Shown here: positions 51,108 to 60,964 of the stretch, piece after piece
Layout of the letters: each line of letters begins with the position of its first letter
How positions within the stretch are numbered: position 1 is the stretch's first letter
DNA from: an uncultured Acidobacteriota bacterium
GTDB taxonomy: Bacteria; Acidobacteriota; Thermoanaerobaculia; Multivoradales; SZUA-115
Assembly (NCBI GenBank): GCA_963805975.1
Contig: CAWDVR010000001.1
Span: 736,001 to 800,000, forward strand
DNA length: 64,000 nt
Reading direction: 5' to 3'
Translations under genes and position numbers: made by a program
Notes under the pieces: generated by a model
Told to the model about the DNA's origin: nothing
Seen by the model: only the letters and a program-made list of their open reading frames with translations
The model's database searches: none

Positions 51108-52694
51108 ATGCCCCGCCCCGAAGCCGTAGACCTCGAGCTCTTCACCCACCGATTCGCCGCCGTGGCGCGCGAGATGGGGGAGATGCTGCGGCGCACGGCG
51201 CTGTCGGTGAACGTCAAGGAGCGTCTGGACTTCTCCTGCGCGGTGCTCGACGCGGCCGGCCGGCTGGTGGTGAACGCGCCGCACATCCCCGTGCATCTCG
51301 GGGCCCTGGGCCTCTGCGTGCGGAAGGTACGGGAGGCGCTGCCGCTCGGGCCCGGGGACGTGGTGGTGACCAACCACCCGGCGTACGGGGGCTCGCACCT
51401 GCCGGACGTGACGGTGGTCACGCCGGTCCATCTGCCGGGTGCCGTCCACCTGCCGGATACGGGCGCGCTGCTGGGCTACGTGGCGAGCCGCGCACACCAC
51501 GCGGAGATCGGCGGCGCGCGGCCGGGCTCGATGCCGCCCGCCGCCACCTGCCTGGCGGAGGAGGGCGTGGTGATCCCGCCGATGTACCTGCTGCGCGGCG
51601 GCGTGCCGGCGTGGGGCGAGATCGAAGCACGGCTCGCCGCACCGCCCTTCCCCTCGCGTGCGGTTGCAGAGAACCTGGCGGACTTGGCGGCGGCGGTGGC
51701 CGCGAACCACCGTGGCGCCGCGGAGCTCGGGGCCCTCGCTGCCGCGCACGGCGCCGGCACGGTCGCGCATTTCATGACCGCCCTGGCGGAGCGCGCCGCC
51801 GACCGGGCCCGAGCGGCCCTCGGCCGCCTGCCCGAGGGCGAGCACCGGGCGGAGGAGCGGCTGGACGACGGCTCGCCGATCCGTGTCCGCATCGCCGTCA
51901 GCGAAGGCCGAGCGGTGATCGACTTCACGGGCACTTCCGGCGCCCATCCCGGCAACCTCAACGCGCCTCCGGCCGTGACCCGGAGCGCCGTGCTCTACGT
52001 GCTGCGGCTGCTGGTGGGCCAATCCGTACCGTCGAGCTCGCTGCCGTTGAACGAGGGCCTGCTCGAGCCGGTGGAGCTGATCCTCCCTCCCGGCCTGCTC
52101 AACCCGGACTTCCCGGCGGATCCGGCCGCGGCTCCGGCGGTGGTGGGCGGCAACGTCGAGACCAGCCAGCGGGTGGTGGACACGCTGCTCAAGGCCCTCG
52201 GCCTCGCCGCCTGCAGCCAGGGCACGATGAACAACGTGCTCTTCGGCAACCCCGGCTTCGGCTACTACGAGACGGTGGCGGGCGGCTGCGGCGCGACCGA
52301 GGGCTTCGACGGTGCCTCGGCCGTCCACAGCCACATGACCAACACCCGAATCACCGACCCGGAGGTGCTCGAGCTGCGCTACCCGGTGCGCCTGGAGCGG
52401 TTCGCGGTGCGCCGCGGCTCGGGAGGGCGCGGGCGCTTCCGCGGTGGCGATGGCGCCGTCCGCGAGTACACCTTCCTCGAGCCGGTCTCGCTCTCGATCC
52501 TCTCCCAGCACCGCAACGAAGGCCCCTACGGCGCCGACGGCGGCGAGCCTGGGGCGCCGGGCCGTCAGCGCGTGGTGCGCACGGACGGCGAGGTGGTGGA
52601 GCTCGCCGCGATCACGGCGTACGACGCCGAGGTCGGTGATCGGCTGCTCCTCGAAACACCGGGCGGAGGGGGATGGGGCAGCGAAAGGGGATAA
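51108..52694 (+). CDS. Hydantoinase B / 5-oxoprolinase, C-terminal half
   Basis: [57 protein letters not shown]. Confidence 0.93.
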   Translation: MPRPEAVDLELFTHRFAAVAREMGEMLRRTALSVNVKERLDFSCAVLDAAGRLVVNAPHIPVHLGALGLCVRKVREALPLGPGDVVVTNHPAYGGSHLPDVTVVTPVHLPGAVHLPDTGALLGYVASRAHHAEIGGARPGSMPPAATCLAEEGVVIPPMYLLRGGVPAWGEIEARLAAPPFPSRAVAENLADLAAAVAANHRGAAELGALAAAHGAGTVAHFMTALAERAADRARAALGRLPEGEHRAEERLDDGSPIRVRIAVSEGRAVIDFTGTSGAHPGNLNAPPAVTRSAVLYVLRLLVGQSVPSSSLPLNEGLLEPVELILPPGLLNPDFPADPAAAPAVVGGNVETSQRVVDTLLKALGLAACSQGTMNNVLFGNPGFGYYETVAGGCGATEGFDGASAVHSHMTNTRITDPEVLELRYPVRLERFAVRRGSGGRGRFRGGDGAVREYTFLEPVSLSILSQHRNEGPYGADGGEPGAPGRQRVVRTDGEVVELAAITAYDAEVGDRLLLETPGGGGWGSERG

Positions 52695-52739
52695 ACTTTC
52701 GCCACGGTTCTCGTATCCATCCTGGGCAAGGAGGCCACC

Positions 52740-53339
52740 ATCCTCACCATCGCGTACCTCGCGTTGACGGTCTTCGGCTGCGGCTACGTGCTGGTCTCGT
52801 TGCTGCTGGGCCACGGAGATTTCGGTCACGAGGGTGACCATGCCGGGGGCCTGCACGAGGTGCACGTGGACTACGGCGTGAACCACACCGGCCACGGCAC
52901 GGCCGAAGCCGGGCACGGCTTCTCGGACTTCCATTTTCCGTTCTTCTCGCCGCTGGCGCTGGCCACCCTCCTGGGCTCGGTCGGTGCCTTCGGCCTCATC
53001 ACCCGCCACGGGCTCGGGGTGTCGGAAGGCTGGAGCCTCGCCCTCGCCCTGCCCGCGGCGCTCGCCACCACCTACGTCATCACCTACGCCGGCTGGCGGC
53101 TGGCCTCGGGCTCGCGGGGCACCAGCCAGATCTCGCCACGGGATCTCGAAGGAGCGGCCGGCGAGGTCATCACGCCGATCCCGGCGGGTGGGGTGGGAGA
53201 GGTGGCGGCGATGGTCGGCGGCCAGCGCTTTGCCAGCGCGGCGCGCGAGGAGCACGGGCGCGAGGTGCCGCGCGGCGCTCGGGTGACGGTCAAGTCGATG
53301 GTTGGGACCACGCTTCTGGTGAGCAAAGGGGAGAGTTGA
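52740..53339 (+). CDS. NfeD/YuaF-like membrane protein; probable ATC start (first canonical start is TTG 52764)
   Basis: TM helices, His-rich loop, GEVITPIP..GVGEV OB-fold; directly upstream of flotillin. Confidence 0.8.
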   Translation: MLTIAYLALTVFGCGYVLVSLLLGHGDFGHEGDHAGGLHEVHVDYGVNHTGHGTAEAGHGFSDFHFPFFSPLALATLLGSVGAFGLITRHGLGVSEGWSLALALPAALATTYVITYAGWRLASGSRGTSQISPRDLEGAAGEVITPIPAGGVGEVAAMVGGQRFASAAREEHGREVPRGARVTVKSMVGTTLLVSKGES

Positions 53340-53340
53340 G

Positions 53341-54870
53341 ATGCAATTCAGCACCGCCACGCTGTTGCTCTGGGGCGCGGGAGCGCTCGGAGTCCTGATC
53401 CTCGGCTATGTGCTCGCCTACCTCGCCTTTCTCAAGAAGGTGGGGCCGAACGAGGTGCTGGTGGTCTCCGGCCGCGGCAAGGTCAAGTTCATCACCGGCG
53501 GCGCCGACATGGTGATCCCGCTCTTCCACACCTGGAACACTCTCTCGCTCCAGGTGATGACCCTCGACGTCACCACCCCCGAGGTCTACACCTCGCAGGG
53601 CGTGCCGATCCTGGTGGACGGCGTGGCGCAGATCAAGGTGAGGAAGGACGAGGCTTCCCTGCACTCCGCGGCCGAGCGCTTCCTGGGCAAGAAGCCCGAG
53701 GAGATCGCCCGCATCGCGCTCGAGACGGTGCAGGGTCACCTGCGCGCCATCCTCGGCACGCTGTCGGTCGAGGACATCTACAAGAACCGCGACCAGTTCG
53801 CCCAGAAGGTGCAGGAGATCTCGGCCGGCGACCTGGCCAACATGGGCCTGGGGATCGACTCCTTCACTATCCGCGACATCCGCGACAAGCACGGCTACCT
53901 CGAGGCCCTGGGCAAGCCGCGCATCGCCGAGGTCAAGCGCAACGCGGCGATCGCCGAGGCGCAGGCCAACCGCGATGCGTCGATCGCCCAGGCCGACGCC
54001 GAGCGCGAGACCCGCCAGCGCCAGGCCGAGGCCCAGAAACTGTCGCAGGAGGCCGAGGCCATGCGCGACGCGGCGGTGGCCGAGGCCAACGCCGACCGGG
54101 CGCGGCGCCAGGCCGAGGCCGACGCCTCCGCCTACCGCGCCGCCGAGGTGGCGAACCAGCAGGCGTCCGAGGCCATCGCCGACCAGCAGCGGACCGCCAA
54201 CCTGAAGAAGGCCAACGCGGACATGGCCTACGAGCTGCAGAAGAAGACGATCGAGATCCAGGTCCAGGAGCAGGAGATCCAACGCCGCGAGAAGGAGCTC
54301 GACGCCACCATCCGGCGCCAGGCGGACGCCAAGCGCTACGAGATCGAGACCCTGGCCGAGGCCGACCGCAAGCGCATCGAGACCCAGGCGCAGGCCGAGA
54401 AGAACCGGCTGGTGACAGTGGCCGACGGCGAGAAGGCGCGCGGCTTCGCGGCGGCCGAGGTGCAGGCGCGGCAGGGCCAGGCCGAGGCCGCGGCCCGGCA
54501 GGCTGTGGGCCTGGCCGAGGCCGAGGCGAAAAAGGCCCAGGGCTTGGCCGAGGCTCTGGCGATGGAGAAGAAGGCCGAGGCCTGGCAGAAGTACAACGAG
54601 GCGGCGGTGATGCAGATCCTGGCGCCGCTGCTCCCCGAGATCGCCCGCGCCGTGGCCGAGCCGCTGACCAAGGTGGACCGCATCACGCTGGTCAACACCG
54701 GCGGCGGCGAGGTCGGCGTCTCGCGCATCACCGGCGAGGTGGCCAAGATCATCGCCCAGGTGCCGCCGGTGCTCGAGTCGCTGACCGGCATCAAGCTCGA
54801 GGACTTGGTGAAGGGGCTCAAACCGGGTGGCGGGGGCGCGAGCCCGAAGCCCGAGACGACCGAGCCCTGA
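53341..54870 (+). CDS. Flotillin / SPFH domain protein
   Basis: GPNEVLVVSG, GHLRAILGTL, GYLEALG, AEA-rich flotillin coiled coil. Confidence 0.93.
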   Translation: MQFSTATLLLWGAGALGVLILGYVLAYLAFLKKVGPNEVLVVSGRGKVKFITGGADMVIPLFHTWNTLSLQVMTLDVTTPEVYTSQGVPILVDGVAQIKVRKDEASLHSAAERFLGKKPEEIARIALETVQGHLRAILGTLSVEDIYKNRDQFAQKVQEISAGDLANMGLGIDSFTIRDIRDKHGYLEALGKPRIAEVKRNAAIAEAQANRDASIAQADAERETRQRQAEAQKLSQEAEAMRDAAVAEANADRARRQAEADASAYRAAEVANQQASEAIADQQRTANLKKANADMAYELQKKTIEIQVQEQEIQRREKELDATIRRQADAKRYEIETLAEADRKRIETQAQAEKNRLVTVADGEKARGFAAAEVQARQGQAEAAARQAVGLAEAEAKKAQGLAEALAMEKKAEAWQKYNEAAVMQILAPLLPEIARAVAEPLTKVDRITLVNTGGGEVGVSRITGEVAKIIAQVPPVLESLTGIKLEDLVKGLKPGGGGASPKPETTEP

Positions 54871-54885
54871 TCCGCGCGAAAGCTG

Positions 54886-54970
54886 CCCTCACCCCGCCCC
54901 CTCGCCCAGCAGACCCTGCCGTTCTCCGGTCCCCTCTCCCGCTCGCGGGAGAGGGCAGGGGAGGGTACCC
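54886..54970. repeat. Second REP/REPIN-like element (partly degenerate)
   Basis: CCCTCACCCC...CTCCGGTCCCCTCTCCCGCTCGCGGGAGAGGG, similar to about 45753-45786. Confidence 0.7.
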
Positions 54971-55071
54971 CAAGCTCGCCGTGCACTCGCGCCCTCCTTC
55001 CGATAGAATGATGCAAATTTACTGCTAGTTCTTCGGCAAGCGTTCGCTCGCTGAAATGAAGGGAGGTTCCC

Positions 55072-55755
55072 ATGGCATCCCGTCGGTTGCTGGTGATCGG
55101 TGCTTGGTCCCTCAGTGCAGTGATGGTTCTGGGTCTCGTGGCGCTCCCGGTCAGCGCCCAGGAGACGACGGTGAAGAACGACTCGGTGAGCGACTTCGAG
55201 CAGGTCGCCATCCAGGCCGGCTTTGCCGCCAACGAGCGCGCCGCCGTCTGGCTGACCTCGCCCTGCGACGGCAAGCTGGTGGCCGTGCAGATCCTCTGGC
55301 GCTCCCTTTTCGGCGGCACCGGCGACACCCTCGGCGAGTCGATCCTCATCCAGGAGGCGGGCACGTTCCCGACTCCCGGTACGACGCTCTCCACCCTTTC
55401 CGGGCCGCTCCTCACGGACGGATTCCTGAACGAGTACCGCTTCCTGGACCAGGGCGGCACCGTGCCGCTCTCCGTGCCGCTGGCCCTGGACCAGGTCTTC
55501 GTGGTCTCGTTCCGCTTCCTCACAGCGACGCCCGGCCTCGGCCCCAGCCTGGTCACCGACGTCGACGGCTGCCAGGCGGGCAAGAACGCCATCTTCGCCA
55601 TCCCGCCTTCGACCTGGTTCTCGGCCTGCTCACTCGGCGTGTCCGGGGACTTCGTGATGCGGGCCGTGGTGGACTGCAGCGTGGTGGAGGAGGAGATCTT
55701 CTCCGACGACTTCGAGACCGGCGACACGTCGCTCTGGACGGTCACCGTTCCTTAG
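55072..55755 (+). CDS. Secreted hypothetical protein with C-terminal IFxDDFETGD tag
   Basis: GGGAGG ribosome-binding site; signal peptide ending VSA|Q; four Cys; ends IFSDDFETGDTSLWTVTVP. Confidence 0.82.
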   Translation: MASRRLLVIGAWSLSAVMVLGLVALPVSAQETTVKNDSVSDFEQVAIQAGFAANERAAVWLTSPCDGKLVAVQILWRSLFGGTGDTLGESILIQEAGTFPTPGTTLSTLSGPLLTDGFLNEYRFLDQGGTVPLSVPLALDQVFVVSFRFLTATPGLGPSLVTDVDGCQAGKNAIFAIPPSTWFSACSLGVSGDFVMRAVVDCSVVEEEIFSDDFETGDTSLWTVTVP

Positions 55756-55866
55756 CGACCTCCGCCTCGGTTCCAGCGGGCTCCTTGTAAGGTTTCCTCC
55801 GCTTCCGGGACTACCAGGACAGGCGGGCGGTGAATCACCGCCGCCCGCGGCCCTGGGAGGCCTGGG

Positions 55867-57345
55867 ATGGCTCGTTCTCCCGCGTTCCGACGCGTTCTGC
55901 TCTTCGCCGGCCTCGCGCTAGCCTCTTCGATCTGGGCGGCAGCCAGTGCGGCGGAGCCCGCTCGCTCGCTCCAGCTCTCTCCCTGCCACCTCGACGGCCT
56001 CGACCAGGAGGTGCGCTGCGGCGTGCTCGAGGTGGCGGAGGATCGCGCGGCGGCCGGCGCGGGGCGTCGGCTTTCCATCCACGTCGCCGTGATGCCGGCG
56101 CGGCGGCGCGACGCCGAGGCCGATCCGCTCTTTTTGCTGGCCGGCGGGCCGGGGCAGGGAGCGCAGACCTTCGCGCCCCTCCTCGAGCCCTTCTTTCGCG
56201 AGGTGCTGCGCCGGCGGGACATCGTGCTCGTGGACCAGCGCGGCACCGGGGACTCGAGCCCGCTCGCCTGCGCGTCTCCGGCCGACGAGCTGGCGGGCCT
56301 GGCGGGCGGCGCGATCCTCGAGACCGATGTCGCCGCCTGCCGCGCCAAGCTCGATGCGGACGTGCGGTTCTACGCCTCCGAGCCCGCCATGCGCGACCTC
56401 GACCAGGTCCGCGCGGCCCTGGGCTACGAGCGCATCAATCTCTGGGGCGGCTCCTACGGCACCCGCGCCGCCCTGGTCTATGCGCGCCTCTTTCCCAGCC
56501 GGGTGCGCACCGTCGTGCTCGATGGCGCCGCGCCCTTCGAGCTGCGCTTCCCGCTCTCCATGGCGGCAGACAGCCAGCGCGCGCTCGACCGCCTGCTCGC
56601 GGCCTGCGCGGCCGAGGCCGCGTGCCGCGCCGCCTACCCGCGGCTCAGCCCGGACCTCGACGAGCTGCTGGCCCACCTGGCCAAGAGACCGGCACGGGTC
56701 TCGGTCCGCCATCCGCGAACCGGGATCGCGCAGACCGTCGAGATCGGCCGCGACGCCTTCGCCGCCGGCCTGCGCGGCGGCCTCTATTCGCCCGGCCAGC
56801 AGAGCCTTCTCCCGCTGGTCATCGAACGGGCGACGCAGGGGGACTTCGAGCCCTGGGCCACGATGCAGCTCGCGACGGCGGCCTGGTCGCGGGACACCAT
56901 GGCGCTCGGCGTCACGCTCTCCGTGCTCTGCACCGAGGATCTCTCCCGCGTCCGCGAGGCGGAGATCGAGAGCGCCAGCGCGCGCTCGTTCCTCGGCACG
57001 CTGGAGATGGAGGGCTGGCGCCAGTGGTGCGGGGCTTGGCCGGCGGGAGAGCTCGATCCCCGGCTCCTCGAGGCGCCGCCCGTGGCCGTGCCGGCGCTGG
57101 TCCTCTCGGGCGACCTCGACCCGGTGACGCCGCCGCGCTGGGGCGAGGTGATGGCCCGGCACTTCACTCCGCACCGGCACCTGGTGGTGCCCGGAGCGGG
57201 CCACAACGTTTCCTTTTCCGGCTGCCTGCCGGAGCTGATCGCGGAGTTCATCGCGCGCGGCAGCGCGGACGGCCTGGATGCCGCCTGCGTCGAAGCCGTC
57301 CGCCGCCCGCCGTTCGTGCTCGACAGCGCCGGCACCGCGCCCTGA
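55867..57345 (+). CDS. Secreted alpha/beta hydrolase (TAP-like peptidase)
   Basis: LAGGPGQG, DQRGTG, GGSYGT, GDLDPVTP, GAGH. Confidence 0.9.
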   Translation: MARSPAFRRVLLFAGLALASSIWAAASAAEPARSLQLSPCHLDGLDQEVRCGVLEVAEDRAAAGAGRRLSIHVAVMPARRRDAEADPLFLLAGGPGQGAQTFAPLLEPFFREVLRRRDIVLVDQRGTGDSSPLACASPADELAGLAGGAILETDVAACRAKLDADVRFYASEPAMRDLDQVRAALGYERINLWGGSYGTRAALVYARLFPSRVRTVVLDGAAPFELRFPLSMAADSQRALDRLLAACAAEAACRAAYPRLSPDLDELLAHLAKRPARVSVRHPRTGIAQTVEIGRDAFAAGLRGGLYSPGQQSLLPLVIERATQGDFEPWATMQLATAAWSRDTMALGVTLSVLCTEDLSRVREAEIESASARSFLGTLEMEGWRQWCGAWPAGELDPRLLEAPPVAVPALVLSGDLDPVTPPRWGEVMARHFTPHRHLVVPGAGHNVSFSGCLPELIAEFIARGSADGLDAACVEAVRRPPFVLDSAGTAP

Positions 57346-57359
57346 AGGGAGAGCAACCG

Positions 57360-58091
57360 ATGATCGAAGCACGGCAGCTCCACAAGCGCTTTGGTTCTTT
57401 GACCGCCGTCGAGGAGGTCAGCTTCCAGGCGGATGACGGCCGCATCACCGGCCTCCTGGGCCCCAACGGCGCGGGCAAGACGACCTCGATCCGCATGCTC
57501 ACCGGGCTGCTGCGGCCGGACCGCGGCAGCGCCACCGTCGGCGGCGTGGACGTGGCCCGCGAGCCGGAGGCCGCGCGGCGCAAGCTCGGCGTCCTGCCCG
57601 ACGCGCCGGGCCTCTACGCGCGGCTCACGGCCCGCGAGCACCTCGTCTACGCCGGCCGCCTGCAAGGCCTCGCCGGCCGTGACCTCGAGCGCTCGGTGGA
57701 CGGCCTCATCGAGCGGCTCGGCATGCAGGGCATCGCCGGCCGCCGCGCCGCCGGCTTCTCCCAAGGCGAGCGGCGCAAGGTGGCGCTCGCCCGCACCCTG
57801 GTCCACGACCCGCAGCACGTGCTGCTCGACGAGCCCACCAACGGGCTCGACGTGGTGGCCGCCCGTGCCGTGCGGCAGGAGATTCGCGGCCTGGCCGAGG
57901 CCGGCCGCTGCGTGGTGTTCTCGAGCCACGTGATGTCCGAGGTCGCCGCGCTCTGCGACCGCATCGTGATCGTGGCGCGGGGGCGCGTCGTGGCCGCCGG
58001 CACGGTCTCCGAGCTCAAGGCCAGGGCCGGGCGCGAGGATCTCGAAGACGCTTTCATCCAACTGATCGGCGACGGGGAGGGACTCCAGTGA
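57360..58091 (+). CDS. ABC transporter ATP-binding protein (NatA-like)
   Basis: GPNGAGKT, FSQGE signature, LLDEPTNGLD, SSH. Confidence 0.93.
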   Translation: MIEARQLHKRFGSLTAVEEVSFQADDGRITGLLGPNGAGKTTSIRMLTGLLRPDRGSATVGGVDVAREPEAARRKLGVLPDAPGLYARLTAREHLVYAGRLQGLAGRDLERSVDGLIERLGMQGIAGRRAAGFSQGERRKVALARTLVHDPQHVLLDEPTNGLDVVAARAVRQEIRGLAEAGRCVVFSSHVMSEVAALCDRIVIVARGRVVAAGTVSELKARAGREDLEDAFIQLIGDGEGLQ

Positions 58092-59257
58092 TGCGCGCAC
58101 CCATGTTCGTCGTCTTCGCCAAGGAGCTCAAGGACGGCCTGCGCGACCGGCGCTCGCTCACCTCGGCGTTCCTGTACTCGTTCTTCGGCCCGCTGGTGCT
58201 GAGCTTCGCTCTGCTGGCGGTGGGCCGCCAGGCAGACGAGCGAGGCCCGCTGCCGCTGCCGGTGGCCGGCGCGGAGCACGCTCCCGGCCTGGTGCTCTTT
58301 CTCGAGCAGCACGGCGCCGTGGTCGAGCCCGCGCCGGCGGATGCCCCTGCCGCGGTGCGCTCCGGCCAGGCAGCCGCGGTGCTGCGCCTGCCCTCGGGCT
58401 ACGGTGAGGACTTCCGCAGCGCCAGGAGCGCAGAGGTCGAGCTGCTCTTCGACTCGGGGGCGCGCCAGAGCCGCGCACGGGCCGAGCGGGTGGCCGGGCT
58501 GGTGGAGCGCTACGGTGCGGAGACGGCCCGCCAGCGCCTGCTGGCCCGCGGCGTCTCGCCCGAGGTGATCCGGCCGCTGACCCTCCGCGAGCGCGACTAC
58601 GCTGCGCCGGGGGCGAGGGCCGCCGCGACCCTCGACATGCTGCCCATGTTCCTGCTCGCCGCGGTGTTCATCACCTGCATGAGCGCGGCGATCGACGCCA
58701 CGGCCGGCGAGCGCGAGCGGGGCTCGCTCGAATCGCTGCTCGTCCATCCCGTGCCGCGCTCCGCCTTCGCGTGGGGCAAATGGCTGGCCGCCGCCGTGCT
58801 GGCCGCCCTGGGGCTCGCGCTCACGCTCGCGGTATCGCGCGCCATGCTCGGCGCGGAGAAGATGCAGGCGCTCGACGTGGTACCCGGCCTCGACCGCGCC
58901 ACGGTCACCGCGCTGCTGGCGGTGCTGCTGCCGGTCGCTCTCCTGGCGCCGGCCCTCCAGATGCTCATCGCGCTCTTCAGCCGCAGCTTCAAGGAGGCGC
59001 AGACCTATCTCTCCCTCTTCCTCTTCGTGCCCATGCTGCCCGGTTTCTTCTTCAGCTTCGGCAGCAGCGAGCCGGCGCGCTGGATGGAGTGGGCGCCGGT
59101 GGTCGGCCAGCAGTTGCTGGCTTCGAAGGTGCTGCGCGGCGAGCCGCTGGGTCTCGAGGCGGTGGGCCTGGCCGCGGCCACGGTGGCGGTGGCGGTGGTC
59201 TCGGCGACCGCCACCGGTTGGTTGCTGGGCCGCGAGCGCGTGGTGCTCGGACGGTAG
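58088..59257 (+). CDS. ABC transporter permease (NatB-like)
   Basis: KELKDGLRDRRS, AGERERGSLESLL, SFKEAQTY. Confidence 0.9.
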   Translation: MMRAPMFVVFAKELKDGLRDRRSLTSAFLYSFFGPLVLSFALLAVGRQADERGPLPLPVAGAEHAPGLVLFLEQHGAVVEPAPADAPAAVRSGQAAAVLRLPSGYGEDFRSARSAEVELLFDSGARQSRARAERVAGLVERYGAETARQRLLARGVSPEVIRPLTLRERDYAAPGARAAATLDMLPMFLLAAVFITCMSAAIDATAGERERGSLESLLVHPVPRSAFAWGKWLAAAVLAALGLALTLAVSRAMLGAEKMQALDVVPGLDRATVTALLAVLLPVALLAPALQMLIALFSRSFKEAQTYLSLFLFVPMLPGFFFSFGSSEPARWMEWAPVVGQQLLASKVLRGEPLGLEAVGLAAATVAVAVVSATATGWLLGRERVVLGR

Positions 59258-59318
59258 GATGGACGAGATCGTGGTCCTGGCCGGCTGGTTCCGCGCGGCT
59301 CGGCATGAGGAGGAAGAG

Positions 59319-59825
59319 TTGCAGCGCGCTGCCGACGTGGAAGCCCGCCTGGCGGCGATCCTGGCCCGTGAGGGTCCCGCCCTCCGGCGCGTGGCTGCCT
59401 CCTATGCCAGGGATGCGGCGCGGCGGGAGGATCTGTTCCAGGACATCTGCCTCGCCCTCTGGACCGCGCTGCCGCATTTCCGGGGCGAGTCTTCGGAGCG
59501 CACTTTCGTGTTCCGCATCGCGCACAACCGCGGCATCGCCGCCGCGGCCCGGCGCCGCGAGGTCACCGAGGATCTCACCGCGGCGGAAGAGGTGGCGGAC
59601 GCCGGGCCCAACCCGGAGGCCGCCGCCGACCACCGCCAGCGCCGGGCGCAGTTGCAGGAGGCGGTGGCGGGCCTGCCGCTCGCCCTGCGCCAGGTCCTCA
59701 CGCTGGCGCTCGAAGGCCTGTCGCACCGTGAGATCGGTGAGGTGATCGGTATCTCGGAAGGCAACGTCGCGGTGCGCCTGACGCGCGCCCGGAAGCAGCT
59801 CCAGGCAAGGCTCGGGAGGTCGTGA
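59319..59825 (+). CDS. ECF RNA polymerase sigma factor; start uncertain (TTG 59319 or ATG 59259)
   Basis: EDLFQDICLALW, TFVFRIAHN, EGLSHREIGEVIGIS..NVAVRLTRAR. Confidence 0.9.
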   Translation: MQRAADVEARLAAILAREGPALRRVAASYARDAARREDLFQDICLALWTALPHFRGESSERTFVFRIAHNRGIAAAARRREVTEDLTAAEEVADAGPNPEAAADHRQRRAQLQEAVAGLPLALRQVLTLALEGLSHREIGEVIGISEGNVAVRLTRARKQLQARLGRS

Positions 59826-60439
59826 GCATGGCGATGAACGATCGTGAGCTCGAGAGCTGGCAGGCCGACTGGCGAGACGAGCCGCCGGGCGAGAGCCCGG
59901 CCCGAGCGATCGACATCGCGGCGATCTCGCGGCGGGTGCGGCGGCAAACCGTGGGCTTGGCAGTCCAACTGGCGGTGTCCGTCGCGCTCACCGTGGGCGG
60001 CCTCGCCGTGCTCGGCTGGGTGGCGGCGCGGGCCGCCAACGCCTGGGACTGGCTCCTCCTCGCCGGCTTCGCGGCGCTCTTCGGCCTCGCCCTCGCCTTC
60101 GAGGCCGGCAGCCTCCGCGGCCTCTGGCGGCCGGCAGCCGAGAGCACCTCCGACTTCCTGGACCTCTCGATCCGCCGTTGCCGGCGCCGCCTCAGAACCC
60201 TCCGTGCCGGCGCCTGGCTCCTCGCCGGCGAGTGGCTGCTCTTCCTGCCCTGGATTCACCTGCGATCGGTGGAGAAGGCCGGCCAGCCCGGCGGCGGCGC
60301 CGGCACCTACCTCCTGGGCCTCGGTCTTCTCGTGGCCTTGAGCCTGGCCTGCGCCGCGGCCAGCACCTGGCTGGGCCGCCGCACCCGCCGCGAGCTGGCG
60401 GCATTGGAGGCGATGCAGCGGGGGTTGGAGGGTGAGTGA
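59822..60439 (+). CDS. Putative 4-TM anti-sigma factor
   Basis: GTGA overlap with the sigma gene; N-terminal ELESWQADW; four hydrophobic segments. Confidence 0.7.
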   Translation: MSMAMNDRELESWQADWRDEPPGESPARAIDIAAISRRVRRQTVGLAVQLAVSVALTVGGLAVLGWVAARAANAWDWLLLAGFAALFGLALAFEAGSLRGLWRPAAESTSDFLDLSIRRCRRRLRTLRAGAWLLAGEWLLFLPWIHLRSVEKAGQPGGGAGTYLLGLGLLVALSLACAAASTWLGRRTRRELAALEAMQRGLEGE

Positions 60440-60468
60440 GAAGCCTGCGCAGCCACAGGTGCCTTATT

Positions 60469-60655
60469 TCATCCCGCGTCGCCCAGCGCTTTACTCAACA
60501 GCTCACCCAGCCCGGCTTTTTTCCGCGTCGTGCCGCATCTCTTCGATGTCCAGCTCGCCACGCCGCACCTTGAGAACACCAAGGTAAGGGACTTCAAGCT
60601 CGTCGAGAACCCGCACGACCTCCAGAGTGGCTCGGAGCGCGTCGGCGAGGGGCAC
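60469..60655 (-). pseudogene. Nucleotidyltransferase-like gene with internal deletion and frameshift
   Basis: Manual translation MPLADALRATLEVVRVLDELEVPYL|GVLKVRRGELDIEEMRHDAEK/AGLGELLSKALGDAG*: family-like N- and C-termini joined, with the core missing. Confidence 0.6.
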
Positions 60656-60656
60656 C

Positions 60657-60917
60657 TCAGTAGCCTTGGACCTCGGGATCCCAGCCGAAGCCGCGGATCA
60701 TGGTCTCGCGGTCGAGCCAGAGCGCGGCCAAGCGGAGGCTGCGTTCCTGCTCCGAGATGCCGGCCCCGTACTTGGCGAGAATGCGAGCCAGCGCCAGCTG
60801 ACGGGCCGCGCGATTCAGGTCCATCACGCGATCGAGCTTCTCGCGTGGGGTCATACGACGGTAGCCCTCGATCAGGATCGCCTCGACCTCGGGCGCCGTG
60901 TCGGAGAGCGGAAGCAT
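60657..60917 (-). CDS. Small antitoxin-like hypothetical protein (86 aa)
   Basis: LSDTAPEVEAILIEGYRRMTPREKL...LRLAALWLD...GWDP; TATACT 6 nt upstream of the ATG. Confidence 0.72.
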   Translation of the reverse strand: MLPLSDTAPEVEAILIEGYRRMTPREKLDRVMDLNRAARQLALARILAKYGAGISEQERSLRLAALWLDRETMIRGFGWDPEVQGY

Positions 60918-60964
60918 GCCGGCAGTATAGCTTCCACCCCATGATGGGCCGCGAGGCGGCGGCC

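Noticed and set aside
51426-51458. 18-bp duplication ([11 protein letters not shown]) in oxoprolinase B
   Set aside because: A small in-frame loop duplication with no evident consequence.
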